The notes below the pieces were generated by a model. That model did not search any database and was not told where the DNA came from. It worked only from the letters and a program-made list of their open reading frames with translations. DNA of 64,000 nucleotides from Podarcis tiliguerta. Taxonomy: Eukaryota. This document shows, piece by piece, positions 52,112 to 64,000 of this stretch. The stretch is taken from NCBI GenBank assembly GCA_965153285.1, contig OZ229119.1. One strand, given 5' to 3'. The number at the start of each line of letters is the position of its first letter. Position 1 is the stretch's first letter. The position numbers and the translations under genes were made by a program.

Positions 52112-53062
52112 CTGCAAGACAGAGGGACAGACAATGAAAATGACAAGAAGTACTTAACGTGAAACCTGCTGATTGGCACTAACGCATTACCAAGGCCTGA
52201 CACTAATGTTACCATCAATCCCCTCCAAAGAGCTTTGTAACCTAAAAATATAACCCAATAGTCAATGAAGTGACTGAAAGCAACCCTAGATGCTTCCCGG
52301 ATGACTATCAGCAGCAGAACTTTAAAGATTAAAGCGTCTGGATTGCGATCAAATGAGACTGTACAAAAGAAAGTGGATAGGAAATCAGAGGCAAAGAACT
52401 ATAATTTTGCTATGGTGAACTTCTTTGCTGAACGTACTTGATCTACTATGATCTGCTTTTTTACCAGGGAGACTCATTAAAACATTTCTTCTCTCATGTG
52501 ACAATAGTACCTCTCCCCACAGGGAGCAATTGAAAAACAAACTCACCTTGTGGCAATTTATACAGCCATGCAAGTAACTACCCACCTGCTTGCTAGAGAC
52601 TTGTGATTATTATCTGTCAACAAAGACAGGCTGCTGCTCTTAATGAACTTACATGTGTTATCTGTGTACAGCTACATACATTGGTTGCTGCTGTATCAAT
52701 ACATTAAAAAAATTCCAAGGACAGAAATCCTATGCAGATTTTCTTGGAAGTATGCCTGAATTAACTCAGTGGAATTTCTGAGAATACAAGTGCACGGAAG
52801 GATTTGAAGGGCTGTAGAAGGAAAACTCACTATCTGGCAGGGGACATGTTGCTCCCACACCCACCAACCTCAACTCTAGCCCCCTTCCTTCCTCCAACCC
52901 AAGCCTAAATATGAGAAAGTTAATAAATACTATTGTGGCGGGCAAGTAATTTTCTATGTCAAAATTATCTGGATCGCAGCCATCTCAGACACACACACCA
53001 CCCTCCTCAGCCCCATCTAAGGATATATATAATTTGTGATAACCAAGAATGGCACCACTTAC

Positions 53063-53270
53063 TGATATGGTCGATGGCTCCTGCACAGAATTTGCCATAG
53101 AATTTTTTGGCGCCAAGGCCCCGCAAGTCATGTATGGTAAATGGCCACAGATGCAGAACATTGTTGCGGGAGAAGGCATCACGCTTTTCTATCACCACCA
53201 CCTTTGCTCCTAGAAAGGATAGGTCAATGGCTGTTCGAAGGCCGCAGGGTCCAGCCCCAATGATGAGACA
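53063..53270 (-). CDS. MICAL3: MICAL3 coding exon 2, monooxygenase with FAD-binding GxGxxG ([14 protein letters not shown]...AIDHI), 208 nt
   Basis: ttgcag|TGT acceptor; ATC A|gtaagt donor; GAGPCG Rossmann motif. Confidence 0.97.
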
Positions 53271-54108
53271 CTGCAAGAGAGGCAACAGTTTTATACGTCA
53301 TTGTATAAAGATGATTCCAAAATTCAAACTTCCAAGTCTGGACGGGGGAGGGGGGAGGTTTATATGGCATTTGTTCACTGAAATGCAACAAAATCCAGGA
53401 AGACATTGAAAGATACTCAAGTGCACTTTCTACACTTCTGGCTATAGGACGATCACCACAATTTCAGTGGAAATACACAGGAGTGACACAAAGCCAGCCT
53501 TCCTCATCAGGAATCACTTCAGATTTGTGTCAGGCAACGTCAAGTTTTCAGTCTTTTCCTAATATGAAATGGTTCCGCAGAACCAAATCAGGTTACCTGC
53601 ATGGCGGTATGCCTTAGAAAATACACACAAACCAGCTTACAGTTTTCCAAAGCAGCTTTTGTCTACACAGGATTCAGCAAAAGCAGTGCTTGGATTCCCT
53701 ACGCATAATAGTTCCTCCACTTCAGCATTTGACTCCACTATCATAATATTTGGACAGGGGCATGATTCAGGGGTGGAGCATGCACTCTGCGTGCCGAAGG
53801 CCACAAATTCAACCCCTGCCACCTCCAATTAAAACTATCTCATGTTCTGAGTAAGACCTCTACCAAAGTTCTGCTCAAATCTCAGAACAAGTTCACTTTC
53901 TAATTCCCCTCCATTCCCAAATCAGATTTATTAAAATGCCATTACATGTACACCCCACTTTTCCTCTAGGTGCTCAAGCTGGTGTGTACATAGTCCCTTC
54001 ACTTTATCCTCAAAACAACCCTGCGAAGTAGGGGAAGCACACTTTGTGAGCTTAATGGCTGAGTGGGGATTCAAAACTGGATTTCCCAGTTGCAGACAAA
54101 CACCAAGC

Positions 54109-54244
54109 CAGGCATCCCCAACCTGCAGCCTTCCAGATGTTTTGGCCTACAACTCCCATGATCCCTAGCTAACAGGACCAGTGGTCAGGGATGATGGGAA
54201 TTGTAGTCCAAAACATCTGGAGGGCTGAAGGTTGGGGGTGCCTG
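54109..54244. mobile_element. Palindromic hAT-like MITE; decayed relatives near 4770, 8950, 10470, 30960, 59770
   Basis: Whole element is an imperfect inverted repeat; 8-bp TSD CAC(C/T)AAGC. Confidence 0.8.
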
Positions 54245-55709
54245 CACTAAGCTGCCGCTATAGTTCCTGACACCATCAAGAAGCCACAGTAACCCTCCAT
54301 GAACGGCCACTCTGGAATCCATGCCCACATTCTAAGCTGTGTTTGGGAGGGGAAGATAGTCATGTTGCTGCCCCTGCAGAGATTCTATGCCAACTTCATT
54401 CTCTACTGTGCTAGTTTCTATTTACAGCAAATTTTCATAAAGGGTAGTATTAAGAAATGTGATCTGTGCATGCAACCTGAAATGGTACAACTGCCTCAAA
54501 GGTCTACCTCCTCTTTCAGCTGCACATGCAGACTAAGTGGGTTGCCCACTGTAAGTCCCTCTGTCCTCACCTAGCTCACAGTGTTGCAAAAATGATACGA
54601 AACAAAACAATCAAACCAACAAAACCAGAACACTCACATGTTCATCCCCGAGACCTTTGGAGGAAGAGCAGAATACAAATGAATATTCACACAAGTAACA
54701 ACTGAGTGCTGGTGGCTGTTGGAATCCTGTCACTGGCATAGCAAATGGGGAAATCACTCAGAAGCTACAATGGGAATTCTTGCCTGCTCCAAGAAATATA
54801 TTAGGAAGCGATATCACTAAGCCACCAAACAGCCAGGACAGAAAAGATAAGGTCAAAGCCAGGGTAGCAAAGATGAAGCACAGGCAGTGTTAACAAGAGA
54901 TGGACGCTGCAAAGCACACTGTGAACAGTGTTGATCTTTGGGAACATGCCGTTTCTGCAGATGAAACAGCCCAACTAAACACAGCTGCCAGCAGCTTCCC
55001 AGCCTTACATCATACTGCTAAATACAAGTTTTAAGCAGATTATTTATTGGTGGTATCTGTTTGTTTTGAAAAACCACCAAGGGTTAGCAGGCGATTAGCT
55101 GACAAAATCGGGACGTTTAGAACAAGGTGATCAGCAATTTTAAGAAACTAACTGGAAATTTAAATAGATTGTAACTGAAGTTTATACTTTTCATAAATAA
55201 AATCTGGTCATTTGAACTTGAAGAGTTTTTCATGAGGATCAGAATCAATTTTTTATATCAAGCAGGTTCCTTCACTATACTCTCTGCAGCACCTGCTAAA
55301 GGCAATCTTATTTAGAAAAGACTACCCAGGTGTTTTAAAAGTCTGTAAGAGTTCTAATTTGCTTTAGTCTATTGTATTGCAGTTTTAATTTTCTGCAGGT
55401 TTTAAATTATAGCTGTGATTTTTTTAGTGATAATGTTTTAGGAGGAGATTCCTAAGGCTTCCACACAAAGCAACAAGTAATCTTGCTTAAACATGTAGTA
55501 TAATCGTACCAGCTGCAGCACTCTGTGTAGCCCAGCTGCACGTTGCATTGAGATTATTGTTCAGCTTAGCAGGGATAAACAGCAAGAGCCACATGGAAAA
55601 TACTAGCCAGCATCACAGGCTCATCTACATGTAACTGCATACAGCTAAAGGCCATTTTCATATATACCGTATAGGTAAACCTAATGCAACCCTGCTTGTC
55701 AATGCCCAC

Positions 55710-55973
55710 CTTCGTGTTGGCGCATACTTTCCCCTTCTTGTAGTCCTTGTGGCAGCCTCTCTTATCCAACTTGGCCCAAAGGGCTTTGGCTTTCCAGTAA
55801 TTAAGCTTGGACTTGAGCTTGTGGTAGAAAGTACGATAGTCTTTGGGCTTCAGCTCTAGAAAATCACAGAGCTCCTGGAAGGCTTTGAGAGTCCCTTTGC
55901 AGGTCGAGGCCTGGACAAATCGGTCAAAGAGGACATGGGCCTGGTTCATCTTCTCATTACTCCTTTCCTCCAT
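55710..55973 (-). CDS. MICAL3: MICAL3 coding exon 1 (start; [21 protein letters not shown]...KVCANTK), 264 nt
   Basis: Near-identical to the MICAL3 N-terminus; ATG at 55973; donor AAG|gtgggc, phase 0. Confidence 0.97.
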
Positions 55974-56098
55974 GCTTCCAGCTGAGCGGCTGGCCCTCCT
56001 TGGCGCATTGGCAGCTGCCCCCTTCCAGTCTGCCTGCCTTCTTGTCAGCTATTTCACTCATCAACAGTCGCTTGTTTTAATCCACATACATTATTAAC
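55974..56098 (-). other. MICAL3: MICAL3 5' UTR part of the first coding exon (exon spans 56098..55710)
   Basis: Acceptor gtcttttgcttttctag|GTTAATAATG at 56099/56098, 125 nt upstream of the ATG; boundary inferred from splice consensus only. Confidence 0.7.
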
Positions 56099-56593
56099 CT
56101 AGAAAAGCAAAAGACAGGTCAGTGAATCCACACAAACACATGTCACTGGTCTGTAAAAAGTGGTGCAGCTTAAGCAGTTGACATAGATCTGCTTAACTCT
56201 GTCCGATGCAGAGAGCTCCATGGAACTGAACAACCACTGAGGCCCCATTCCTGATGGTTAGAAATTCTGCTCAATGTGCTGCCCCATCCTGGGTTCCACG
56301 AAGCATTGTCCACACAACTTTTCAAGCCTATCTTCAAAACCATAAAGGGTTAGCTATAATCCTCTGTACTCACAGTCAAACAGCATTCCCCCCACCCTCG
56401 CAATTATTCTGAAAGGGTGGAAAGATTTAACACTTTCTATGTAAGAAGGGTGAAAAGCAAAAGGGGTCTTGGGGGTCAAGTGCCCAAGCTCCACAGTTCC
56501 TTGTTGCTATTTCTGTTGCCTTCCAACTCATGGAAGAAGACTGTCTGAATCAGGAAGTCTTTTGTATCGTATCCATGGAGGCTCCCCAGTATC

Positions 56594-56722
56594 AGGAAGT
56601 TTTTAATCTGTGAGGTTTTATTATGTTTTTATATGTGCTGGAAGCCACCCAGAGTGGCTGGGGAAATCCAGCCAGGTGGGCAGGGTATAAATAACATCAA
56701 CATCATCATCATTATAATTATT
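56594..56722 (+). mobile_element. L2 3' terminal fragment (same family, opposite orientation)
   Basis: cccagagtggctggggaaatccagcc...gggtataaataa followed by a (CAT)n-like tail. Confidence 0.7.
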
Positions 56723-56881
56723 TGTTATAGAGCCCCAAAACATAAACCTAATTTCCATACAATGGGAGGGTATAATTAACTTTGGCTTCCTGGCTTGTTT
56801 CTCCACTCACGTGAAGAGAGAAACAAGGCTGGGGCAAATGAACCGAGTACAGAAGAAAGCTTGCTCATATTCTGTTTTAAT

Positions 56882-57050
56882 CAGTGGCGTAGCGTGGGTT
56901 GTCAGCACCCGGGGCAAGGCAAGTAATTTGCGCCCCCTAACCCGTAGATTTGCGCCCCCTAACCCGTGGATTTGTGCCCCCTAACCCTAACCCCCAGATG
57001 TTGCGCCCGGTGCGGCCGGGCCCCCCTGCACCCCCCACGCTACGCCACTG
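56882..57050. mobile_element. Young hAT-type MITE with internal 22-bp tandem repeats
   Basis: 17-bp perfect TIR CAGTGGCGTAGCGTGGG; perfect 8-bp TSD GTTTTAAT. Confidence 0.9.
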
Positions 57051-57337
57051 GTTTTAATAAACCAAGATTTTATCATGCAAATTCAGCTTAGGAGTGAAAA
57101 TTGAACAGTTTTCCTATAAGGATCTATAAGTGAGCTCATAGTTAATTTCCCTATCAAGGGAACATCTGGTTAAGAATCATCAGAATCTATAAAGCAAATG
57201 CTGGAGGACAGAGCCCATGGGGTCGGCTTTGTCCTATCCAGGGCCCCAAATGGCTCTGATGTGGTCAAGTTTGCCATTGAGGTCTACCCTGCAAAATGGC
57301 TCTGAAATAAAACAATGTGCAATAATAGTTACACAAT

Positions 57338-57398
57338 AAAAAGGTAAAGGACCCCTGACAGTTAAGTCCAGTCGCAGACAACTCTGGGGTTGCGGCGC
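57338..57398 (-). mobile_element. 5'-truncated Sauria SINE tail
   Basis: aaaggtaaaggacccctgacagttaagtccagtcgcagacaactctggggttgcggcgc. Confidence 0.75.
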
Positions 57399-57799
57399 AA
57401 GTCATTAAAGCAATCCCATTCCCACTCCAAACTCCAAGCCCACAAAAACATTCAAAACATGTAGTATTCTTTAAGCACCTCCCCTCCCCCAGCAAAAAAA
57501 AGGGATCGTTTATGCTAAGAAAGCTGATAAACAATTAATTTTATTTGTTTCCAAGTGTTTAAGACCCAGTTAATTCCCAGTGTATCACAAGACACGATAC
57601 ATCCCTATGCCCTTTCAGTTTTCTATGGAACAGAGAAAACTAGTAGGCCTTAAAGCAGAGATTAAAAATAAATAAATCTCATAATTGTAATGTGAAACCA
57701 ACAAGCACAATGCCCCAGGAACGCAGCAGTGTTCAGATTTAATAAGACGGGAATGTTGGCACACCACTGATTTAACACTCATTCAACACAAGGTACAGC

Positions 57800-58325
57800 A
57801 CCTGGAGAAGGACAAAGAATACACATAAGAAGAGAACTACTGAAGAGAGAACTCTTCAGGTATGTTGCCAAAACTAATACGCCATGGCCTAGTGACCCAA
57901 CTACAAAGGCAGCTATTCACAATGGGCAGGGGTATGAATATACCATGTATATCATGACCCAAGATAATTACTTGTATATATATATTTTAAATGTAAGAAC
58001 TGCACAGTTAAACTATGGAATTTCCTCCCACAACAAGCAGTGGTGTCCACCAACTTGGAACAGCTTAAGCAGAGGATTAGACAAATTCACAGAGATAAAG
58101 GTCATCAATGGCTACTAGCCATGATTGTCTATGTTCTACCTCCACAGTCAAGAGGCAGTAATGCTTCTGAATACCAGGTGCTAAAAACTGCAAGAGAGGA
58201 AAGAGCTCTTGCATTTGGGTCCTCCTAGAGGGCTTCCCACACGCATCTGGTTGGCCACTGCAGGAAGAGGATGCTGGGCTAGATGGACCACTGGCCTGAG
58301 CTGGCAGGGTCTTCTTATGTTCCTA
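57800..58325 (+). mobile_element. Old CR1-like 3' region; related piece at about 40530..40735
   Basis: cctggagaagg...gtaagaactgcacagttaaactatggaatt...catctggttggccactg...ctagatggaccactggcctga...cttatgttc. Confidence 0.6.
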
Positions 58326-58689
58326 AGTCCTGAAAGCTGCAAAGATACAACTGAAAGTGAATGTAAGTCTCAGAAACCATGAGTAGAACTTGCAATAATC
58401 AGGGGAGAGAATGATTTAATGCCCTTCATAGATAGTAGCAAGATTACTTATTCAAAGGAAATTATAGGCCACCCTTCACCATGTGGTCCCAAGGTAGGTT
58501 ACATACTGCTGAGTACAATAGCCATGTAATACATTTCATCCCTAAAAGCCTGTGCAAAAAAAGGTAAATCTTCACCCAACTTTGAACAGTGACAATGCCA
58601 GCTGCACCTGGGCATTCTACCATCTGAAAGCCACCACAGAAAAGATCCTTTCCTGAACTTGGCAGCAGGGCCTCCCCTGTCAACACTCA

Positions 58690-58875
58690 GGCAAATCTAT
58701 GTGCGAGGCAGAAGTCCTTGAGATATTTGGGGCCCAAATCCTTTAAAGTTTTCAATGTCAATATATGCACCTTGAACTGGGCTTGGGAGCACACCGGCAA
58801 CCAGTGTTGACCTGTAAGATGTGGTATAGTATGTTCCCAGCCAGCACCCTGACCACTGCATTCTGCTCCAATTGT
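58690..58875 (-). mobile_element. Old L2 ORF2 fragment
   Basis: HWLPVCSQAQFKVHILTLKTLKDLGPKYLKD in ORF 58687..58986. Confidence 0.7.
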
Positions 58876-60921
58876 CAAACCACATGGAACTGGTTGCCTA
58901 CCCTTAGGTTTTGCAGAGAGGATTGTATCTGATATAAAGGGCCACAATCTTCTTACCAGGAGGAGTTTCATGCACAATTTGCCCAAATGAGAATGGAGGT
59001 TTCCTCCCCAAGTGTGATGGTTTGGACTTAAAAAGACTTATTTAAATAAGTAAAACGCTGAAATCTGGATGTCACACTTATCATATTACAACACCATAAA
59101 TGGGACCAGCATTCCAGAGCAACTGTTTTCATCGGCCGCCACATCCATCTACCTCCATTAGCAGGCCTTGTCTTTGCTACCATAGGCTGATATTCCTATC
59201 CACACCAGAGCAACACATCCAATCTCCAGATAAAAAGGAAGATAGATAGAAAGTATGCTTCTAAGGGGCACAGCTCCTACAAGCTAATATGATTTTTAAA
59301 AATAAAATGCATTTTTGCTGGAATGGAGATATGGCTTTAACTCAAATTCAACTTCATATTCTTGTTTTCTCACCCCCTGGCAGTGAGTAAGCCAAGGCAA
59401 ATTTTCACAAATTATGCTTCTTGCCATTCCAATGTGTCAGTTCTCTCTGGAGTGTTTTGCTTGTTGCACATTTGCCAACACTACGTCAAGTGACATTATT
59501 TAGGAGTTGAAGCAATAAGCAGGCATCTCCCCCTGGGGCTTACTTACACGATAAGGGCACATTCACACAGGATGACAGGCGCCATAAAATCTCTACCCAA
59601 GGCGTAGGGGGAACAGACAGGCTGACTCAGAAGGAAGCCCTATTTGTGTGAAATACCACCATTCCATGCTGCAATTTACACAGTGGTGGATCAAAACAGG
59701 GTCACCATCATCACAGAAACCTGTTGCCCTATGGACACTATCTGCATACAGCAGACATGATGACCTCCCAGTGTTTTGGACTACAACTCCCATCAGCTCC
59801 AGCCAGCACAGCTGGAGGGCACTACCTTGACAAAGGCTGGCACAGAGAAACAATCAACACAAATAGCACTTCCATGGACCTAACCAGAAGCCCAGAGGCA
59901 GCCCTGCGCACGCTCCACGGTTACCGTATGGTGGCTGCTATCATGTATGAACCATTGACAAAAGAATTAAGAGTAGTCTGAATGACCATGGTAAATCTAG
60001 TCTCAAAAACAGATGCAAATAAAGGTTGTGAAGGGCAATTAACTCAAGTGGTGGTATTCAACACTGGTCCTGCTCAAATTATTGAAATTAATGGGCATAA
60101 CTTAGGTTCATTAATTTCAGTGGGTCTACTGTGAGCAGGACTAGTGTTGAACACCTCCCACTTTTTTAATGGGTGGCTTCTTTATTCATTATGGTCTGAA
60201 GTACCACTTTTGGCAGATGTTAATGCATTTTTGAGAAAAATGCCCTGTCTCTTTTATATATTATTCTGTATCACACCATATACAACAATGGTAAAAGTGA
60301 CACAATGTGAGCAACATTAGCACCATCACAAATGCGAGAGTCATTTTCCCACTCATGCTGCTGATTTGGGCTAAAGGCAACATTACTCTTTCAGGAGAAA
60401 TGACTGACGAACGTAAGTAGTGAGTGACCAGTCATTATTCCCCGATCAGCCACTCTAGAATAAAGACAGCGCCCTCTGAAGACATCCTACCTGCACACAG
60501 AGCCTTGTGTCCTCCCAGAGAGACTCTCTGTACATATCCCCAAATCACTTCAGTGTATCAAGTTACACTTGCGCCCCCCTCAGTTGCTGACAAAATGCTT
60601 TTTATAGCAACAGAGAGCATAAAGCAAAGAACACACTACGGTTTAGTGCCAGCAGAAGTCCATGGAGCAAGGCTGAAGCTAAACTTAGCTCATCAAATGT
60701 CCTCCTCTTGTTTTTCCACTTTGCCAGACACAGGAATGCCGAAAGAGAATCTTATGTAGTGTCTGGGGAACTAGGGGAAGGGAGTTTAAAACAAAGAAAA
60801 TCCAAGAGCCATGTCATCTCCAGGAATCGAGTGCACGGCCTTTTGACCCCACCGTTTACAACCGTCTACAATGAACTTGTGGGTCTGCAGATTTATCTGC
60901 TCACCCAAGGATAACAATTCA

Positions 60922-61005
60922 GGCATTTGTTGAAGTGGGATCTAGTCTACAAAGCTCCTGCCATAAATAAATCTGCTAGCCTGTGAGGTGCCATAAGAAA
61001 CCCTT
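60922..61005 (+). mobile_element. Decayed Penelope terminal fragment
   Basis: ggcat-ttgttga-agtggg...ctac-aaagctcctgcc-ataaataaatctgctagcctgtgaggtgcc mirrors the 48870-48945 layout. Confidence 0.55.
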
Positions 61006-61168
61006 GCTTGTATTGTAGAGCTTTCAGTCTTTGTGTGATGCAATCGTTTACATGCGCTGCCTCAATCTTAGGACGCCTCTTAACAGCAGGGGTGCAACAT
61101 TAAAAAGTAGGTGGGTGCAATCCTCTTCCTGACACAGGGGAAAGGGGGCAGAGGCACAGCCGCATTAA

Positions 61169-61526
61169 AGGTAAAGGTACCCCTGCCCGTACGGGCCAGT
61201 CTTGACAGACTCTAGGGTTGTGCGCCCATCTCACTCAAGAGGCCGGGGGCCAGCGCTGTCCGAAGACACTTCCGGGTCACGTGGCCAGCGTGACATCGCT
61301 GCTCTGGCGAGCCAGAGTCGCACACGGAAACGCCGTTTACCTTCCCGCTAGTAAGCGGTCCCTATTTATCTACTTGCACCAGGGAGTGCTTTCGAACTGC
61401 TAGGTTGGCAGGCGCTGGGACCGAACAATGGGAGCGCACCCCGCCGCGGGGATTCGAACCGCCGACCTTTCAATCGGCAAGCCCTAGGCGCTGAGGCTTT
61501 TACACACAGCGCCACCCGCATCCCCT
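61169..61526 (-). mobile_element. Sauria SINE, different CpG-rich (young) subfamily
   Basis: 13-bp TSD ACAGCCGCATTAA (61156-61168, 61527-61539); (ACCTTT) tail; ggttcgaatccc B-box on the minus strand. Confidence 0.9.
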
Positions 61527-61809
61527 ACAGCCGCATTAACAGCATTCAAAACATCCTTCTGCCTGGAGCTTCAGTGATTTCCATCCACTAACTCCTGCCG
61601 GGAATATTTGGACCCCTAAAGCTCTTGAATTCTGGAGGCAGCAAGCCAGAGAACTACAAGGGAAGGCAGAGGTGCCTGCCAGGTTTCCAAGGTATTGGTT
61701 TCCCTGCCTGTGCCTTTCAGCCAGCAGGACCTTGCATGTTTTTGTCTTGAGGCAGTCAATGCTGACTCAGTCCAAGTGGACATTAGATGGTCATACACTC
61801 AAGCAAATA

Positions 61810-62067
61810 CAGTGGTACCTCGGGTTACAGACGCTTCAGGTTACAGACACTTCAGGTTACAGACGCTTCAGGTTACAGACTCCGCTAACCCAGAAATAGT
61901 ACGTCAGGTTAAGAACTTTGCTTCAGGATGAGAACAGAAATCGTGCGGTGACGGGACAGAGGTAGCGGGAGACCCCATTAGCTAAAGTGGTACCTCAGGT
62001 TAAGAACAGCTTCGGGTTAAGAACGGACCTCCAGAACGAATTAAGTTCTTAACCCGAGGTACCACTA
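61810..62067. mobile_element. Tc1/mariner (Tigger/pogo-like) MITE
   Basis: TIR CAGTGGTACCTCGGGTTA...TAACCCGAGGTACCACT; TA flanks; about 3 internal 17-bp repeats ggttacagacgcttca(g). Confidence 0.88.
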
Positions 62068-62117
62068 TACATAGATTTAAATACCTAGGATTACTTATTA
62101 ATGAAAAGCGTTCATGG

Positions 62118-62337
62118 CAGAGGCATAGCTGGGGGTGCCACACCACGGGGGGCAGCACTTACCATGTGGCCTGCAGCGTGGGGCTTGCCTCTGCCCACTG
62201 CCTCCCCCTCAGCCGCCCTACAGCCGAGGGGGAAGTGGTGGGCAGACTTCTTGGAGGCTTCGTGTAGCATGCCCTGCCTTGGCTTACCCCACCCCCAGGC
62301 ACAGGGCATGCACACCGAGCAGCAAGCTACGCCACTG
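62118..62337. mobile_element. hAT-type MITE related to 56882..57050
   Basis: Ends CAGAGGCATAGCT / AGCTACGCCACTG; TSD (G/T)TTCATGG. Confidence 0.75.
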
Positions 62338-62450
62338 TTTCATGGAAACCCCATCTGGATGCAATCAAGCTATTATCTGCCCGCTCTACTGGACAGCTCT
62401 ACAGGTTCTTCCACTCAAGGGGGGGCGGGCAGTTAATCAACCCAGCCATT

Positions 62451-62590
62451 AATATCTACGTGTACAAGATCATTGCACAAATGCTTTATGGGGCCGAGAT
62501 ATGGGGAAGTGGTATCAAATCAGAACTAGGAGCCTAACAAAACAAACTCATGAGAAAGATACTGGAGCTTCCACTGGGGACGTCAGCAAA
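62451..62590 (+). mobile_element. LINE ORF2 post-RT fragment, clade uncertain
   Basis: IYVYKIIAQMLYGAEIWG..LGA*QNKLMRKILELPLGT, one internal stop. Confidence 0.55.
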
Positions 62591-63777
62591 AACAAAATGG
62601 GAGGCAGCAGTTAAGAGTTCTCGGTCTCTGCAGCCTTGGAAGGCACTGTGGTTCTCTAGCAGTTTGACTTGACCGCCAGAGGAGCACCCCGTTCTCTCTT
62701 GAGAAAGACAAATGCCAACAACTGTAACAAAACTGCAGAGTGCTGCCCTCCCCCCCAACTCCAACTCAAGAATAGAGGGTCTCTTCACCCATTATGTCCA
62801 CAGATGCAGACCTAACACGCTTACACACCTAAGCATGTGAAGCATGAATACAAACATGTGAAGCACAAAGACAGAGATCATGCAGGCATTCTTCTTTGGG
62901 AGCTGAGGTTGGTTGTGGTTCCCCGTTTAGTGTAGACTTCATAGCAGGCTTAGATTGCTGCTGCATAAGGTGTGAAAACCCCACTAAAAGGCAACAGGAT
63001 CAACACAGGTCTTAGCAGTGTGGGCTGGACTGTTTCTATCCCAGGGCATAGCAGCAGCCTAACAGGCCCATAGTATTCAAGTGAGGTAATTTAACAGAAG
63101 CTGGCAGGGATCAAAAGGATGGCCACCATCCATTTGCTCCATAGCAAGGCAAAAACATCCACACCGTCAACCTTCTACAGATCTAACCCACATCATTCAT
63201 CTTGCCTTGGATAGCTGCTGAAATGTCATTTTACATCCAGTGGTGTGTGTTAGTAGGCGCCAAGCTACACAAATTTTCCAGTTGGTGTCTACTTGCACAG
63301 GGCAAGGCCCCAGGGTTACCAAGAAGAGAAGGGCTATATTTTTCCACACCCAATGCCATCTCTATGACAGCTTTGTGAATTACACAAAGCAAATACGGTA
63401 GATGCACCACCTATAATTACCAGGGTAGAAAAAGGAACACACAGTTTAAAACATACACACACATAGTCATGGGTGGCGAAATGTAGCAGCCTGGCAGAGA
63501 AAGCTTATTTGCATGCACACACTCAGTTCATGAAGTTTGCCAGCATTCAGAGTCAATATGTTTTAAGAATCTTAAATCTCTCTAGAGCCCTGTTTTTGCA
63601 AAGATCCTGGGTCTCAATTTAATCTAATCTAAGAATCATGGAGAACTGATGGTACCAGTGTTCTGTATCTGAACTTGGGGGGGGGGGGAGTGGGGCACCT
63701 CCCAACAGGGAACACCCATAGGAGAAAAGCAATGTCTGAGCATGCCCAACTGTTTAGCTGAAAATGTGACCTGCAGC

Positions 63778-63781
63778 AAAA

Positions 63782-63824
<43 letters not shown>
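63778..63824. repeat. (TAAA)n microsatellite
   Basis: Direct reading. Confidence 0.95.
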
Positions 63825-64000
63825 AATTTAAAAAATATCAGATAAAGCGGTTGTTAACGACTTGGTAATTGCTCACTATGGACTTAGAATTCCTCAAAAG
63901 GACCCCCACCTCCTACTTTAAGAGGACACAGGAGCTGGCCTAAATTCAGCGTCCTAAACCGAAAGGTTTGTGTTATTCTATGCCTGTATCCCTCATCTTA

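Noticed and set aside
27795-56692. Inverted L2 tails flanking coding exons 1-15 as a circRNA driver
   Set aside because: Only about 95 bp of moderately diverged complementarity across 29 kb; too weak to claim
56100-64000. MICAL3 promoter or first exon
   Set aside because: CpG-rich patches are all inside SINEs or MITEs; no CpG island seen

Overview
Vertebrate genomic DNA, almost certainly a squamate and probably a lacertid-type lizard (inferred from Sauria SINEs with (ACCTTT)n tails, Squam3-like tRNA SINEs, and L2/CR1/Penelope/hAT content). The window lies inside one minus-strand gene, MICAL3 (FAD-dependent F-actin methionine monooxygenase with MO, CH and LIM domains). I traced 18 core coding exons from the ATG at 55973 to 17489, all with GT-AG boundaries and consistent phases. 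Six extra phase-0 cassette exons lie between the CH/NLS region and the LIM domain. The last exon reads through its donor into an 80-aa hydrophobic alternative C-terminus (stop 17247-17249), giving a short isoform of about 947 aa without cassettes. The non-coding first exon/promoter and the exons for the long coiled-coil C-terminus were not found in the window. The most notable observations are: the tail-swapped short isoform; a repeated exon-encoded helix motif across the cassette cluster, including a MICAL2-like exon; an intact minimal hammerhead ribozyme in a Penelope insertion, sense to the pre-mRNA; a 122-bp templated insertion copied between two SINE loci 8 kb apart; and four uAUGs before the start codon. 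Comparisons with human MICAL2/3 are from memory and need database confirmation. I see no evidence of a wholly new multi-gene system.
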